Shown: positions 1 to 13,241, counted from the first letter of the stretch. The stretch: DNA of 42,996 bases from Octopus sinensis (GCF_006345805.1 NW_021835071.1:1-42996); one strand, 5' to 3'. Notes: generated by a model not told the origin, from the letters alone. Program-made: numbers and translations.

Positions 1-156
1 GAGAGAGAGTGAGTGAGTGAGAGTAAAGCAGTGAGAGGAGAGCAAGCAATAGGTAGAGAGCGAGAGCGAGAGAGAGTAAATGTGATAGAGAGAGGTGGGG
101 AGGTCACATTGACATGCACTGGAATGTTCGAGATTTGAAACAGTTTTTGATACTAT

Positions 157-1900
157 TGTGGTGATAGTGGTGGTGGTCGTGGTGGAAGTGGGTGTGGTTG
201 CGGTGGTAGTAGTAGTAGTAGTGGTGGTGGTGGTTGTGGCGTTAGTGGTGGTAATGTTTAATAGAGTTGTAGTAACGGTAGTAGTGGTGGTGGTAGCGGC
301 GGCGGGAGTAGCTCTCGATAGTTGTGGTGGCAGTAGTGGTTGTGATGATGGTGGTGGTGGTGGTGTTGGTGGTAGTTGTGCTAGGTTGTGGTGGTGATGG
401 TGATGGTGGTGGTGGTGGTGGTAGTGCTGGTTGGTGGTGATGACGGTTGTAGTTGCGTTAGTGGTAGGGATAATTGTGATGGCAGAAATGGTAATGGTAA
501 TGATGGTGGTGGTGGTGATGGTGGTGGTGGTGGTGGTGGTGGTGGTGGTGGTGGTTGACGGTTGGTGGGTGTGGAGAGAGTGGTGGTGGTTAGTGGTGGT
601 GGTAGTGGTGGTGGTGGTGGTTCGTGGTCGTGGTGGTGGTGGTGGTTGTGGTTGTTGTGGTGGTAGTGGTGGTGGTGTTGGTGGTGGTGTTGGTGGTGGT
701 GGTGGGTGAGAGTAGTGGTGGTGGTAGTGGTGGTGGTGGTGGTGGTGGTGGTGGTGGTAGTGGTGGTGGTGGTGGTGGTGGTGGTTCTAGTTGAGGTTAT
801 TCCTCAGCATGGGATGGCGGTAACATTGGTGGTGATGGTAGTGGCGGTGGTGGTGGTGGTGGTGGTGGTGGTGGTGGTAAGTGGTGGGTGGTGGTGGTGG
901 TGGTGGTGGTGGTGGTGGTGGTGGTGGTGGTGGTGGTGGTGGTGGTGGTGGTGAGGTCGTCGTCGTGGAGATGGTGTTGTTGCCAGTGGTGGTAGAGGTT
1001 GTAGTGATGGTGAAGATGTTTGTCATGATGATAGTGATGGTGATGATGGTGACAGTGTGAGGGTAAGTTACGGTTCTGGCGGTAGTAGAACTGGTAGTGC
1101 TGTTGATCATTGTAGCGTTTGGGGTGGCAGTGGTAGTGATTGTGATATTGCTGGTTGTAGTAAGAGTGGTGATGGTGGTGCTGGTGGTGCAGGTGTCTTG
1201 CTAATGATGGTGGTGTTAGTGTTCGTGGTGGTGATCGTCCCCGTAATGGTGGAGGTGGAGGTGGTGGTGGTGGCAGTGGTGGTGGTGGTGGTGATGGCAG
1301 TGGTGGTGGTTTTGTTTGCGTTGGTGTTTTTGGTGATGATGCTGGTGGTGGCGGCAGTGGTGGTGGTGGTGGTGGTGGCGGCAGTGGTGGTGGTGGTGGT
1401 GGTGGTGGTGATGATGCTGCTGGTGGAGGTGGAGGTGGTGGTGGTGGTGGTGGTGGTGGTGGTGGTGGTGATGGTGGTGGTGGTGATAGTGGTGGTGGCG
1501 GCAGTGGTGGTGGTGGTGGTGGTGATGCTGCTGCTGCTGCTGCTGGTGGAGGTGATGGTTACAGTGGTGGTGGTGTTGAAGGCTACGGTAGTGATTGTGG
1601 TGGTTGGTCCTACGGCAGCGGGTGATGATGGCGACGGCGGCGGTGATGGTGGTACTGGTAGTTGTGATTGTAATGGTGGTGATGATGGTGCTTTTTATAG
1701 TGGAAATGGTGACAGTAACCATCATGGTAATAATATATATGTGTGTGTTTACGTTAGTGGTTTTGGTGATGATGCTGGTGGTGGTGGCGGTGATGGGGGT
1801 GGAGACGTTGGTGGTGGGGGGAGGGGTGATGGCAGGGGTTATAGTGGTGGATTAAGTAGTGGTGGCGGTGGTAGCAGCGGTGGTGGCAGTGGCGGTGGTG
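157..1900. repeat. (GGT)n-dominated trinucleotide mosaic with GAT/GGC/AGT variants
   Basis: Long pure GGT runs (e.g. 510-552, 880-950) with degenerate interruptions. The polyV/polyG/polyW/polyH ORFs here are translations of the repeat. Confidence 0.95.
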
Positions 1901-2065
1901 ACATCGTTTTTTATCGCAAGACAGTCTTGATCCAGAAGTGACCATCTCGCATAAACAGGAGTAAATTTCCAAATGTGAACTTAATTTTTTAAGACAGCTG
2001 GCGATAATCCCGGTGTGGGGAGTAGCGGGTGTGGTGGTGATGACAGTAAGAATTTTGTATTGTAG

Positions 2066-2130
2066 GTGCTGTTGCTGTTGCTGTTGAGCGGTCCGGTCCG
2101 AGCGGTCCGAAACGAGGTCCTTTACTATTC
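2066..2130 (+). CDS. Candidate small internal exon, unknown gene
   Basis: ttttgtattgtAG acceptor (2064-2065) and consensus GTAAGT donor (2131-2136) bound a CpG-rich 65-nt segment. Two frames are open (VLLLLLLSGPVRAVRNEVLYY or AVAVAVERSGPSGPKRGPLLF). No homology recognised. Confidence 0.2.
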
Positions 2131-3020
2131 GTAAGTCCCGCAGAAGAGAAAGCAGGTCAACCCCCGATGCCGAGAGCGTCTTCAAAAATGAAGATGATCA
2201 TTTTCGTTTTTGACGTATCTGATGGAGCTGAGTTTCGTAAGATCGAGGGATTGTTTATCTTTGATAGCATCAACAAGTGCACTCTAACCGCTAATTCGGA
2301 TTGCACAGGGATGATGGCTTAACAATGTCATTCTGCATAAATAGCCTCTAGGAAGATTGAAGGAGCGATAGCAAACATCATAGACATAACAGTGGATTTA
2401 AATATAGACAAACATTATCTTTACAGAAATCCAAACATGGTTTCTATATAGATTCGTAAATAACCTAAACCAGACACGGCCATAATTAGACATCTTATTG
2501 GCGGAATAAGCAAAGGAGTCTCTTTCCTTCTTATGACAGTGACATCTTTAACATGACTATCCTTTATAATAATGACGTTAGCTAGAAACGGCTTCAATAG
2601 ACCTAGATATGGAAAAGTAGTGTAGTTTAATCCACCATGTAACTTAAACGTTACTACAACTATAAGCAGGCAGTCGCTTGCTCTAGGAAAATAACATTTC
2701 CCACCAACATTATATAGTCTTTTCAACCGGTAACTTTAAACCCTGGACATTTCTTTCTAGAACACATACTACGATCGAAAACGCCCCCTCATACCTTTCT
2801 AGCACTAGTAGCTATTTGTAATTGTAAAAATTTCCCAATCTCCTCACTGAGCCTTCCGCCTCTCTAACATAATTACATATCGGTCATCTATAAAAACTTG
2901 GAGTCTATTGCAAGGAATTACAGGAAATTAACGACAAACACTTTCAAGGAGCGTTACTAAGAGCAGCACCACTGATTTAGGTCAGAGAACAGGGAAATCT
3001 AAGCATCTCAATCACACTCA

Positions 3021-4291
3021 TTCTCTCTCTCACTCTCCGTTTCTCTCTCTCTCTCTTTCTTTCTCTCTTTCACTGCCTCACTGTCTCCCCGTGCCTCTCT
3101 CCCTCTCACCGTCTCCCCATCTCTCTCTCTTTTTCTCTTTCTCTTTCTCCTTCTCTAGAACCAAAGATCTGAATGCCGTCAAATAGAGTGGAGCATTGTC
3201 GATAGCACTGCGAAATATTTCTACAAATTAAAAAGATGCAGAGATATCACTTAACTTGAAGTTAGGAGATTTTGTCCAGCTGTCGTCATAGGAAGAGGTT
3301 TCTTGTGATTAGATTAGACGCTTTAAAAATATTCCTCTTCATCAACACAAACAGCTTTTGGAGCAACAAGTGTCAAGGAATAGTTACGCATTATTAATAC
3401 ATGACTGAACAGAATCGTATCCGTTTACCACCGGAGACACGCTTCTTTCTCATGTAACACATTCCATCGAACTTGAGTGAGGAAAATCCGCTTAATTAAT
3501 GCTTTATCAACTGCATTTCTGTAAGTGATCATTTATATAATATATATGAGAAAATTCGAATAACAAAATTATTGTGTATGTGTATATATATATATATTAT
3601 ATATATATATATATATATACACACACTCATGCATATTGATTTATTTATATGTTTACATTATATATATGTATGATATATATATATATATATTATATATACA
3701 TATATATATGCATATATATGCATATATATACATATATACGTATATATGTACATGTGCATATACAAAATTAATATTAATTGTAACTTATGTATAGGTATAT
3801 ATGAATACACACATTATATAGATATATTATATAATTATATATAATATATATATATATACATATATATATACACATACATATAATAATATATATATATATA
3901 TATATATATTATACATATACATATACATTATACTTAATAATTGTAATATATCTCTATATACATACTTGTGTATATGTGTTGCCCAATAAATATTAACTTT
4001 AATGTATACGTATATGCATATATATATACATAAAGAGACAGACAGACAGAAATGAACATACATGTGTGTGTGTGTGTGCATGTATGTATACATATTAAAC
4101 ACACGCACGTCCACACAGAAACATATGCACATATGCATACAAACGTAAATGCATTTACATATGTGTGTGTATGTATGTATATATATATATTTACATATAT
4201 GTATGTATATATATATATATATAAATAAATATATATATGTGTATTATATGTGTGTATATATATATGTGTATATATATATTATATGTGTGCA

Positions 4292-4358
<67 letters not shown>

Positions 4359-4400
4359 TATGTGCATACATATATGTATGCGTGTGTATACGCACGCATA
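3021..4400. repeat. (CT)n tract (3021-3158) and (TA)n/(CA)n/(TACA)n mosaic (3533-4400), separated by unique DNA
   Basis: Direct inspection. Confidence 0.9.
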
Positions 4401-4608
4401 TACATAATCACCAACTGTCGCATCAATATACATCAGCAAATAAAGGCTCTGCTAAAGCCTATTCATCTACCGCATTCCTTGTACACAATCACATCGGTTT
4501 AGTTTTAAATTCCTCTCCGGCCTTCTCTTTGATTGTTGCGGTAAGAGTTCTCCTCGTGCTGGCATAGCTAGCAGTGTAAGGTGGCGCTGCTTGTAGCGGA
4601 CTCGATAG

Positions 4609-5150
4609 CAGTGGTGGTGGTGGTGGTGGTGGTGGTGGTGGCGGCGGCGGCGGTGGTGGTGGTGATGATGGTGATGGTGGTGGCGGTGGTGGTGGTGGTT
4701 GTGGTGGTGGTGGTTGTGGTGGTGGTTATGGTGGTCGTGGTCGTCGTGGTGATGGTGGTCGTGGTCGTGGTGGTAATGATGGTGGTGGTGATGGTGGTGA
4801 TGATGGTGGTGATGATGGCGGTTTGTGGTGATGGTGGTGATATTGATGGTGTTGGTGGTGGTGGTGGTGGTGGTGGTGGCGGTGATGGTGATGGTGATGG
4901 TAGTGATGGTGGTGGAGGCGGTGATGGATGGTGGTGATGGTGGTGGTGGTGGTGATGGTGATGGTGATGGTGGTGGTGGTGATGGTTATGGTGGGTGGAT
5001 GGTGGTGGCGATGGTAGTGGTGGTAATGGTGGTGGTGATGATGGTGATGATGATGGCGGTTTGTGGTGATGGTGGTGATATTATTGGTGGTGGTGGTGGT
5101 GGTGGTGGTGGTAACGGTGGTTGTCGATGGGGGTGTGTTGATGGAGGAGG
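4609..5150. repeat. (GGT)n/(GAT)n array with an internal block duplication
   Basis: The string gatgatggcggtttgtggtgatggtggtgatatt occurs twice (about 4810 and 5050). Confidence 0.9.
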
Positions 5151-5384
5151 GGAGTAAAATCCAAAGTCTTTAATTTCGTGCCGATATTGGAAGAAGGCGA
5201 AGCGGAGGGGAGGCATCGACTTTCTCTGCTGACGACCAATCTGTATCGTTCGTTCTTTTCCTTCCTTCAGTTGTTAATTTACCTGTGTCTAACTCACTTT
5301 CTAACAATCTCTTGCATATCACCGAATGCATTCTACCCTATTCTACCCGCTTCATACCGCCTCACATAACATTCGCATACAGGC

Positions 5385-5435
5385 CTACATATATAGGTAT
5401 TTGCTTCTGTGTGCGCGCATATATATATGTGTGTG

Positions 5436-5480
<45 letters not shown>

Positions 5481-5869
5481 TATTTATATTTATATATATA
5501 TATATCAATACGTATGTATGTGTGCGTGTGTATGTGTATGTATGCGTTTAAAACCATGTGTATGTGTTTGTATATACATGTATGTCTATAAATATATGTA
5601 CATATATATATATATGAATATACATACACACACACATATGTACCCATACATATATTCATGTTTGCACACGCATACATTCACATACAAGAACATATTTCTA
5701 CATCTGTGTATGCATATGCACGTATATATGTGTGTGTGTGTGTATATATATATTATTATATATTGTTTATGTATCGTCTTCTATGAGTTATATTTCTGTC
5801 CAGTTGTATTTTCTACTACCTTAATATATATATATATATACATATGTATATATATGTATGTGTGTATAT

Positions 5870-5939
<70 letters not shown>

Positions 5940-6281
5940 ATATATATATATGCATATAAATATATATATACAATATACGAACACGGCGCTATGCATGTAT
6001 GTATATTATTTACATATATATATGCATGTACATGACACGCAAATTCATTTATGTACATTATACTATATATATATATGTGTGTGTGTGTATATGTGTGGTG
6101 TTTCTGTGTGTGTGTGTGCGTACATATATCTATATAATATAACATACGTATATATATATACAGAGGTTTATGATATATTTTGGATTATATATAATATATA
6201 TATATATATATATAATATATAATATATAATATACTATATACATGTAATATATGTATATCTATCACACATATATATATATAC

Positions 6282-6331
<50 letters not shown>

Positions 6332-6362
6332 ATATGATATATATATATATATATATATATTG
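5385..6362. repeat. (TA)n/(TG)n microsatellite mosaic
   Basis: Direct inspection. Confidence 0.9.
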
Positions 6363-6734
6363 ATTGATTGATTGAATCAATAGCGTTACGTAACTCTCCA
6401 CATATCTTAACATTAAACGTGGAGCAACTTTTCCCCCATTGATCTGCTGCAATTGCACTTTTGAAAATTTGTAAAATGCAGATTATGCACTCTCCATTCC
6501 TTTTATGCACCATGAGGTAACACGCATGTTTCATTGAGAGTAGTGGAGGTATTTTATTTTGTCTTTATTAAGAACACTGAAAGGTAGGGGCGGCCGAATC
6601 GGTGGCGGCGTTGCTCCACGAAGGCGTTGACATTCATAGAAACGCTGAAACGTTCTAAGATGGCGTCTTTAAATAACTAAATAAATAAACAATATCTTAC
6701 GTAATATATTTAGCTTCGTTCGTTCTTGTGATGT

Positions 6735-7265
6735 TGTGTGGTGTAGAATAAATCCATTGTTGTGTCGTGCTATGTTATGTAGTCGTTGTTTTATAGTTGT
6801 ATAGCCGAGAGCGGTGCTGTAGCTGTGTTGCAGTTGTGTTGTGTTGCGTTGTAGCTATGTCGCGTTTGTATAGTTTTCTTGTGAAACAGCTGCGTAGCCT
6901 AATGTAACGTTATAGCTGTGTTGAAGTTGTCTTGTGTAGATTAGTTGTACTGTAGTTATGATGTGTTGTTTAGTCTCCTGTAGTAGTTGTGATGTTTAGT
7001 GTAGTCTCGTATTGAAGTAGTTGTGTTGCAGTCGTGTTGTATAGTATACGGCAATTTGAATTTGTGAAGATATGTAATGTAGCGTTGTATAGTCTACAAT
7101 GGTTTAGTAGTTGCATTGCACTATCTTGTGTATGTATTCGTTGTATTGCAGTTGTACTGAACATGTGCTATAGCTGTGTTGTATAGCTTACTGTAGCAGT
7201 TGCGTTGTAGTTCTGTTGTGTTCTGTAGCAAATGTGTTGCAGTTGTGTTGGTGTTGTGTTGTATA
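6735..7265. repeat. Degenerate pentanucleotide (GTTGT/GTAGT/GCTGT)n satellite
   Basis: Recurrent gttgtgttg, ctgtgttg and gttgtatag units with about 5-bp periodicity. Confidence 0.7.
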
Positions 7266-7309
7266 GTCTACATTAATTAACGCACACCCATGCCTACGCT
7301 AATATGTTA

Positions 7310-7420
7310 ATAGCTGTCGAGGTCGATAAAATAAGTTCCAGTTGAGTAGTGGGAGGTCGATATAATAGGTTTATTCCCCTCCTCCGATTCTACTGGCCTT
7401 GTGCCAAAATTAAAATCATT
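7310..7420 (+). mobile_element. SINE 3' fragment (family C)
   Basis: Matches the 3' part of family C copies at 10890-10990 (gtcgataaaataagt...ggccttgtgccaaaatt). Confidence 0.7.
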
Positions 7421-7436
7421 AATTATATTGAAGAAT

Positions 7437-7833
7437 AGGCGCAGGAGTGGCTTTGTGGTAAGTAGCTTGCTAACCAACCACATGGTTCCGGGTTCAGTCC
7501 CACTGTGTGGCACCTTGGGCAAGTGTCTTCTACTATAGCCTCGGGCCGACCAAGGCCTTGTGAGTGGATTTGGTGGACGGAAACTGAAAGAAGCCTGTCG
7601 TATATATGTATATATATATGTATGCGTGTGTGTGTTTGTCCCCCTAGCATTGCTTGACAGCCGATGATGGTGTGTTTATGTCCCCGTTACTTAGCGGTTC
7701 GGCAAAAGAGACCGGTAGAATAAGTACTGGGCTTACAAAAGAATAAGTCCCGGGGTCGAGTTGCTCGATTAAAGGCGGTGCTCCAGCATGGCCGCAGTCA
7801 AATGACTGAAACAAGTAAAAGAGTAAAAGAGTA
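7437..7833 (+). mobile_element. Full-length tRNA-derived SINE (family B)
   Basis: Pol III A-box-like TGGCTTTGTGG, B-box-like GGTTCAGTCCC, central (TA)/(TG) tract, and 3' end ccagcatggccgcagtcaaatgactgaaacaagtaaaagagtaaaagagta. Closely similar to the inverted copy at 35540-35944. Probably one of the described octopus tRNA-SINE families (OK/OR1/OR2); assignment not verified. Confidence 0.9.
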
Positions 7834-7951
7834 GTCATTTCCAAAACATCAGATTGCCACGAACATTTCTGAAAGGAAATGTTCGTACTGTGTAGAAGTG
7901 TTTTCTTTGTCTTTTCAAGCATATTGTGTATGCATTTGTGAGCTTATGTAT

Positions 7952-8078
7952 TTATTTTATCGACGCCCGACTGGATGAAAGACAAAGTCGACCTCGGTGG
8001 AATTAGAACTCAGAACGTGAAGACGAACGAAATACCGATAAGCGTTTTCTCCCAGCATTTCTGCCAATTCGCCGCCTT
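7952..8078 (-). mobile_element. SINE family C, 5' part
   Basis: Reverse complement begins aaggcggcgaattggcagaa and has B-box-like GAGTTCTAATTCC; homologous to 10366-10483. Confidence 0.8.
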
Positions 8079-8161
8079 ATATGCTTCCATATAATTAAGA
8101 ATTTTCATTTTAAGAAAATCTTTTTTTCAAATATTGACTGCATCAAGCATCATATGTTTGG

Positions 8162-8196
<35 letters not shown>

Positions 8197-8461
8197 TAAT
8201 ATGTGTGTGTCACTTTGTATTTTATGTTTGCTCCCAACCCCACCCATCATCAATTCATTGGTTTGTTTAGGTCCCTGATACTCGGAAATCGTGATATACA
8301 GATATTGTTTTGAGCTGAGTGGGGGTGCTAAGTGCCCTGGTTCGAAAATATAAGGTCACAGATCGTCTCCTGGGGCTAAATTACAGCAACATTCGTCCTA
8401 AACCAGGACTGCCATGTTATGTTGGCAAATAATATTTACCCAAAAAAAAACTTACTATCAT

Positions 8462-8585
8462 AAAGTACCAGACTTCAAGAAATAAATAAGTACTGGGATC
8501 TATTTGCTCAACTAAATCCTTTTCAAGTCGGTGCTCCAGTATGGCCGCAGTCCAATGACTCTAAAAACTGAAAAATAAAAGATGG
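8462..8585 (+). mobile_element. SINE family B 3' fragment
   Basis: aataagtactggg...gtgctccagtatggccgcagtccaatgact matches the family B tail at 7710-7810. Confidence 0.75.
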
Positions 8586-8889
8586 AAATAACACACATAC
8601 CGTTCTCAGACAGGCTGTAGAAAACACAGAACTTTACACATTTTGCTGAGTCAAATTTTCTACTTTGCACTGTAAAAAACAACACCTAGACTCAGCTGTT
8701 TTAAAGCCGGATCGTACGGAACAGAGCGTACATGTATACGTGTGTATATGCTTGTCTGTGAAAATGTGCGTAAAGGTGTGTGCATGTCTCAATATGTAGG
8801 CACAGACCGTACTCCATCCTTAAGCTATATGCATCGCATCTGCTTCAGTCTGTTTTCTTTTTTCGTATAGAGAAAGAGAGAGAAGGGGC

Positions 8890-9653
8890 CTAATCCCTTG
8901 TTCATTCCTTCACATCTTTCCCTTATTCTTATTCTTATTCTACACTTCCCACTCCTCCTCCTGTTCCTTTTTCTTCCCCATCTCCGGCATCTCCTCTGTT
9001 GCTTTGTTTTCCTTCTTTTCTTCCTTTTCATCCTTATCTTCTTCCTTGTCTCTTTCTCTCTCACCTTTTCCTCCTACTCCGTCTATACATGATTGTCTGT
9101 TGGAATACACTTTTCCCTGAGTCGTATCTTTTCTTTCAAATTGTTTTATATCTTGTTTTGTTTCTATATACATACATATTTATATATTTATAGACAAATC
9201 AGACAGACAGACAGAGTTACATACATACACACAAATACATATACATATATAGGGAGAGTCCCACCCAGATATATACACATACATACACAAACATACATGC
9301 ATAAGTACATGCATATATACATACATGCAGCATACATATATGCCACATACAAGCATGCATGTATACACACAGACATGCACGCATGAATATATTCATACAT
9401 ACATATGCTTTTTTTACAGAAGTGTGATTCAATTTTTTATTTCCATTCTTGTTCTTAACCACTACACATGGTGTCACCTATGTCTTCCCACCAACGTCTT
9501 CGTTTTTAAAAAGAAAAACAGGAATTGCTGAGTAATATTTAACATAGAAACATTTCTGTAAACTGAAAAAAAAGACGTCAAACACAAGCAAAAAAAACTA
9601 TATATACATCGTATAAACATTCACAGATATACATGCATAAACACACACACACA

Positions 9654-9691
<38 letters not shown>

Positions 9692-9962
9692 CAAACACGT
9701 AAGCAAACAAACATATCCATCATATCAAATATTTGAGTATATCTCTTCTTTGCCTTTCTGAGAAATTTGTATATACTTTGCATTTTAATGTTATGTAAAA
9801 AGAGACTGTTTTTTATGGTGGTGGTGGTGGTGGTTGTGGTGATGCTAGTGGTGGTGGTAGTGGTGGTTGTAGCAGTGGTAGTTGTAGTGGGAGTAGCAGT
9901 GCTGGTTAGGTAGGTGGTAGTGATGACGATAGTGGTAATGGTGGTGGTAGTAGTGACGTTGG
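8890..9962. repeat. Low-complexity tracts: CT/CTT-rich (8890-9075), (ACAT)n (9165-9395), (TA)n (about 9655-9690), (GGT/AGT)n (9815-9962)
   Basis: Direct inspection. Confidence 0.8.
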
Positions 9963-10015
9963 TGTGAGTCTCGTGTCTTCCGTGTTTCGAATCCAGCCTC
10001 GTAGGGTATTTCATA

Positions 10016-10130
10016 TCTCGCACTAGTGGTCAGGGCGTCGCTCTCACGATCGCCAGGTCGTAAGTTCGATCTCCCGACAAGACGGTGTCGTGTGTTCTTG
10101 AGCAAAGCCTTCATTTCATGATGCTCTAGT
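10016..10130 (+). mobile_element. Diverged tRNA-derived SINE head (family D)
   Basis: A-box-like TAGTGGTCAGG, B-box-like GTTCGATCTCC, then gtgttcttgagcaaagccttcatttc. Homologous to the minus-strand element at 42855-42990. Confidence 0.65.
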
Positions 10131-10365
10131 GCTGTGTAAGGGGCCGACCTGTCAAGAAAATGGACCTAACGTTTTTGTCTCCTCTACTGAGAACCATTGA
10201 AGTAAAGCTGGTTACTCCCCTCCCAGTGGCAAGGCACCAGTATGATGACATATCATCAGAGGTCAACAAATGTGCAAATAGCATACAATTGTGCCGCCGG
10301 CACAAACTGTGCTAGCGCTGAAGAGAAGGAGTTGCCTCACAAGACAAGAGAGACCACCCTATTAA

Positions 10366-10805
10366 AAGCGGCGAGCTAGCAGAATTGTTAAGCACGCCGG
10401 GCGAAATGCTTTATGTTCTGAGTTCAAATTCCGCCGAGGTCGACTTTGCCTTTCATCCTTTCAGAGTTGATAAATTAAGTACCTATTTCTTTACTACCCA
10501 CAAGGTGCTAAACACAGAAGGGACAAACAAGGACAGATGAACGTATTAAGTCGATTACACCGACCCCAGTGTGTAACTGGTACTTAATTTATCGACCCCG
10601 AAAGGATTAAAGGGAAAGTCGACCTCGGCGGAATTTGAACTCAGAACGTAACGGCAGACGAAATACTGCAAAACATTTCGCCCGGCGTGCTAACGTTCCT
10701 GCTAGCTCGCCGCCTAAATTAAGTACCAGTTGCGTACTAGGGTCGATACAGCGACTAGCCCCCTCCCCTAAAATTTCGGGCCTTATGCCTAAAGGAGAAA
10801 AGAAC
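10366..10805 (+). mobile_element. SINE family C host copy (10366-10483 and 10716-10805) split by a nested insertion
   Basis: Head aagcggcgagctagcagaa, B-box GAGTTCAAATTCC. The body resumes after the insertion with a duplicated AAATTAAGTACC. Confidence 0.85.
10484..10715 (-). mobile_element. Full-length SINE family C nested in the opposite orientation, 12-bp TSD
   Basis: Head aggcggcgagctagcagg at 10715 and tail ...ccttgtgggtagtaaagaaata at 10484. TSD AAATTAAGTACC at 10472-10483 and 10716-10727. Confidence 0.9.
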
Positions 10806-11160
10806 CGTTAGCACGTCGGGAAAATGCTTAGCGTTATTTCGACCGTCTGAGTTGAAATTCCGCCGAGGTAGACTTCGCCTTTCATCTTTTCGGTGTCAGT
10901 AAAATAAGTACTAGTTCAGTACTGGGGTCGATATAATCGTCTAACCTCTACCTCGAAATTGCTGGCTCTGTGCCAAAATTTGAAATCAACATTGTCACCT
11001 TAATAAAGGCGGCGAGCTGACAGAATCGTAAGCATGTCGGACAAAATGCTTAGCGGCATTTTGTCTGTCCTTTACATTCTGAGTTCAAATTCCGCCACAA
11101 AGTAAATGACTTGTCTCCTCCCCAGAAATTGCTCGCCTTGTGCCAAAATTTGAAACAACA
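10806..11160 (+). mobile_element. Two further family C SINE copies/fragments in tandem (10806-10990; 11005-11160)
   Basis: Repeated gttagcacg...aaatgcttagc...gagtt(c/g)aaattccgcc and ...tgtgccaaaatttgaaa motifs. Confidence 0.8.
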
Positions 11161-11436
11161 GAAGAACAAACGAGATGAAATAAATTGCAATACCTGCAGG
11201 ATTTCTGTCCTGAGTATGGTTAGGGAGCTCTTGTCTCGTGTAGCTCTTAGTAAACTTCAGAAAATTGCCTCATTGCAACTTCAGACAAGAACGTTCCACA
11301 ACCAAAATGAATTCTTTTCAGCATTCACGATAAATATGCGAAGAGCAAAGTCGACGGATCTACATCGTTTCCGTTAACCGCACAAAGGCTTTCAACTTTA
11401 TAAGTAGAGACGGTCAGTTCAAAATACTACTGCTGT

Positions 11437-12149
11437 TGCTTCTTCTTCTTCTTCTTCTTCTTCTTCTTCTTCTTCTTCTTCTTCTTCTTCTCTTCTTCTT
11501 CTTCTTCTTCTTCTCTTCTTCTTCTTCCTCTTCTTCTTCCTCTTCTTCTTCTTCTTCTTCTCCTTCTTCTTCTTCTTCTTCTTCTCCCTCTTCTTCTTCT
11601 TCGTCTCCGCCTCCTCCTCCGTCTTCTTCTCCCACTTCTTCTCCTCCTCCTCCATCTTCTTCTTCTCCTCCTCCTCCATCTTCTTCTTCTTCTCCTCCTC
11701 CTTCTTCGCTTTCTTCTCCTTTTTCTTCTCCTCCTTCTTCTTCTCCTCCGTCTTCTCCTTCTCCTCCTCATCCTCCTCCTCCACCTCCACCTTCTTCTAT
11801 TTTCCCCCAGTATCGTCATCAACGTTACCATTGTCAACATCATCACCATCATCATCGTCATCGTATTCGACATCATCATTATTGTCATCATCACCATCAT
11901 CACCATTATCATTAAGAACATCATCATCATCATCACAACATTCACCACGACCTTCAACTTTAGCCACAGCAACTACTACACCCACAAGTACCACTACTTC
12001 TCTTACTACTACTACTATTACTACGATCATAACCACTACTAAGTACAAGCACAGCAAATAGTAGTACTAGAACTTCAACAATAAGTACACCACAACTACT
12101 ACAACCGCACCTGCTACTATTAAAATAACTGCTACTACGATTACTACCA

Positions 12150-12182
<33 letters not shown>

Positions 12183-12316
12183 TTACTACCACCACAAGTG
12201 ACGGTGCAATTACTATACACATGTTCGGTTTCTTTCCCAAATGCCTTTTGTGAAATCTTTGCGTTTGCAACACATCTCTATACATCTTTCATATTTCTTT
12301 CTTCGTTTTCTTTCGG

Positions 12317-12364
<48 letters not shown>

Positions 12365-12638
12365 TTATTATCATTATTATTATCATTATTATTATTATCA
12401 TTATTATTATTATTATTATTATTATCATTATTATTACTATTACTACTACTACTACTATTATTATTATTTTTATTATTACTACTACTACTACTACTACTAC
12501 TATTATTATTATTATTATAACATTATTATTATTACTACTACTACTACTACTACTACACTACTACTGCTATTATTATTATTATTATTACCATTATTATTAT
12601 TATTATTATTATTTTTTATTACTATTATTTTTATTATT

Positions 12639-12686
<48 letters not shown>

Positions 12687-13038
12687 GTCATCATCATTAT
12701 TATTGTCATTATTATTATTATTACTACTATTTCTTCCCTTTATATTTCCTGCTCACCTTTCTTTTTCTTTCTCTTCTCTTCTCTTTTCTTTTCTCTTCTT
12801 TTATTCCATCATTGATTCTTTTCATTCTTTCATCATTGTCAACGTTTCGTTTCTTATTTTTCTTGAAGTTTTTTTTCTTTTCTTCTATTTTTCTTTGTTC
12901 TTTTTTGTTTGTTTCTTATGCTTATCTTTTCTCGTTTTTCTTCTTTTCATCTTGTTTCTTGTCTTCTCTAATATCGTCAATATTTTTAGTATTATTCCTA
13001 ATTTTTTACCATTATTATTATTATTATTATTATCATTA

Positions 13039-13076
<38 letters not shown>

Positions 13077-13208
13077 TATTATTATTATTATTTTCCTTAT
13101 TACTATTATTATTTTGTAGTTTTTGTTTTGTTTTGCTTTGTGTGCTGTGATTCGTCCTGAGACATTGTCTTCCATGTTTTGGGCCCTTGTGGCCAATAAA
13201 AGAATACC

Positions 13209-13241
<33 letters not shown>

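Noticed and set aside
158-1941. Long ORFs such as 1057-1941 (294 aa) and all polyV/G/H/I/Y/E/S ORFs across the window
   Set aside because: They are translations of tri-, di- and tetranucleotide repeats that lack stop codons in some frames; no domain content.
3159-3526. Pyrimidine tract + AG ... GTAAGT as an exon
   Set aside because: Stops in all three frames, and the acceptor tract is simply the (CT)n microsatellite.
6418-6620. 11-bp inverted repeat CGTGGAGCAAC/GTTGCTCCACG and nearby YY1-like AAGATGGCG (about 6657)
   Set aside because: Too short to exceed chance in a 43-kb window; no supporting structure.
7437-7520. tRNA genes at SINE heads (also 10366, 17190, 20996, 27914, 42844)
   Set aside because: A/B boxes are present but there is no complete cloverleaf, and all continue into SINE bodies.
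10231-10322. C/D snoRNA-like ATGATGA ... CTGA
   Set aside because: No terminal stem, no clear C'/D' boxes and no recognisable rRNA/snRNA antisense element.
11176-11210. 16-nt micro-exon on minus (ctcAG|GACAGAAATCCTGCAG|GTATTG)
   Set aside because: Branch-like CTAAC is too close to the AG, the pyrimidine tract is poor, and the length is not frame-preserving.
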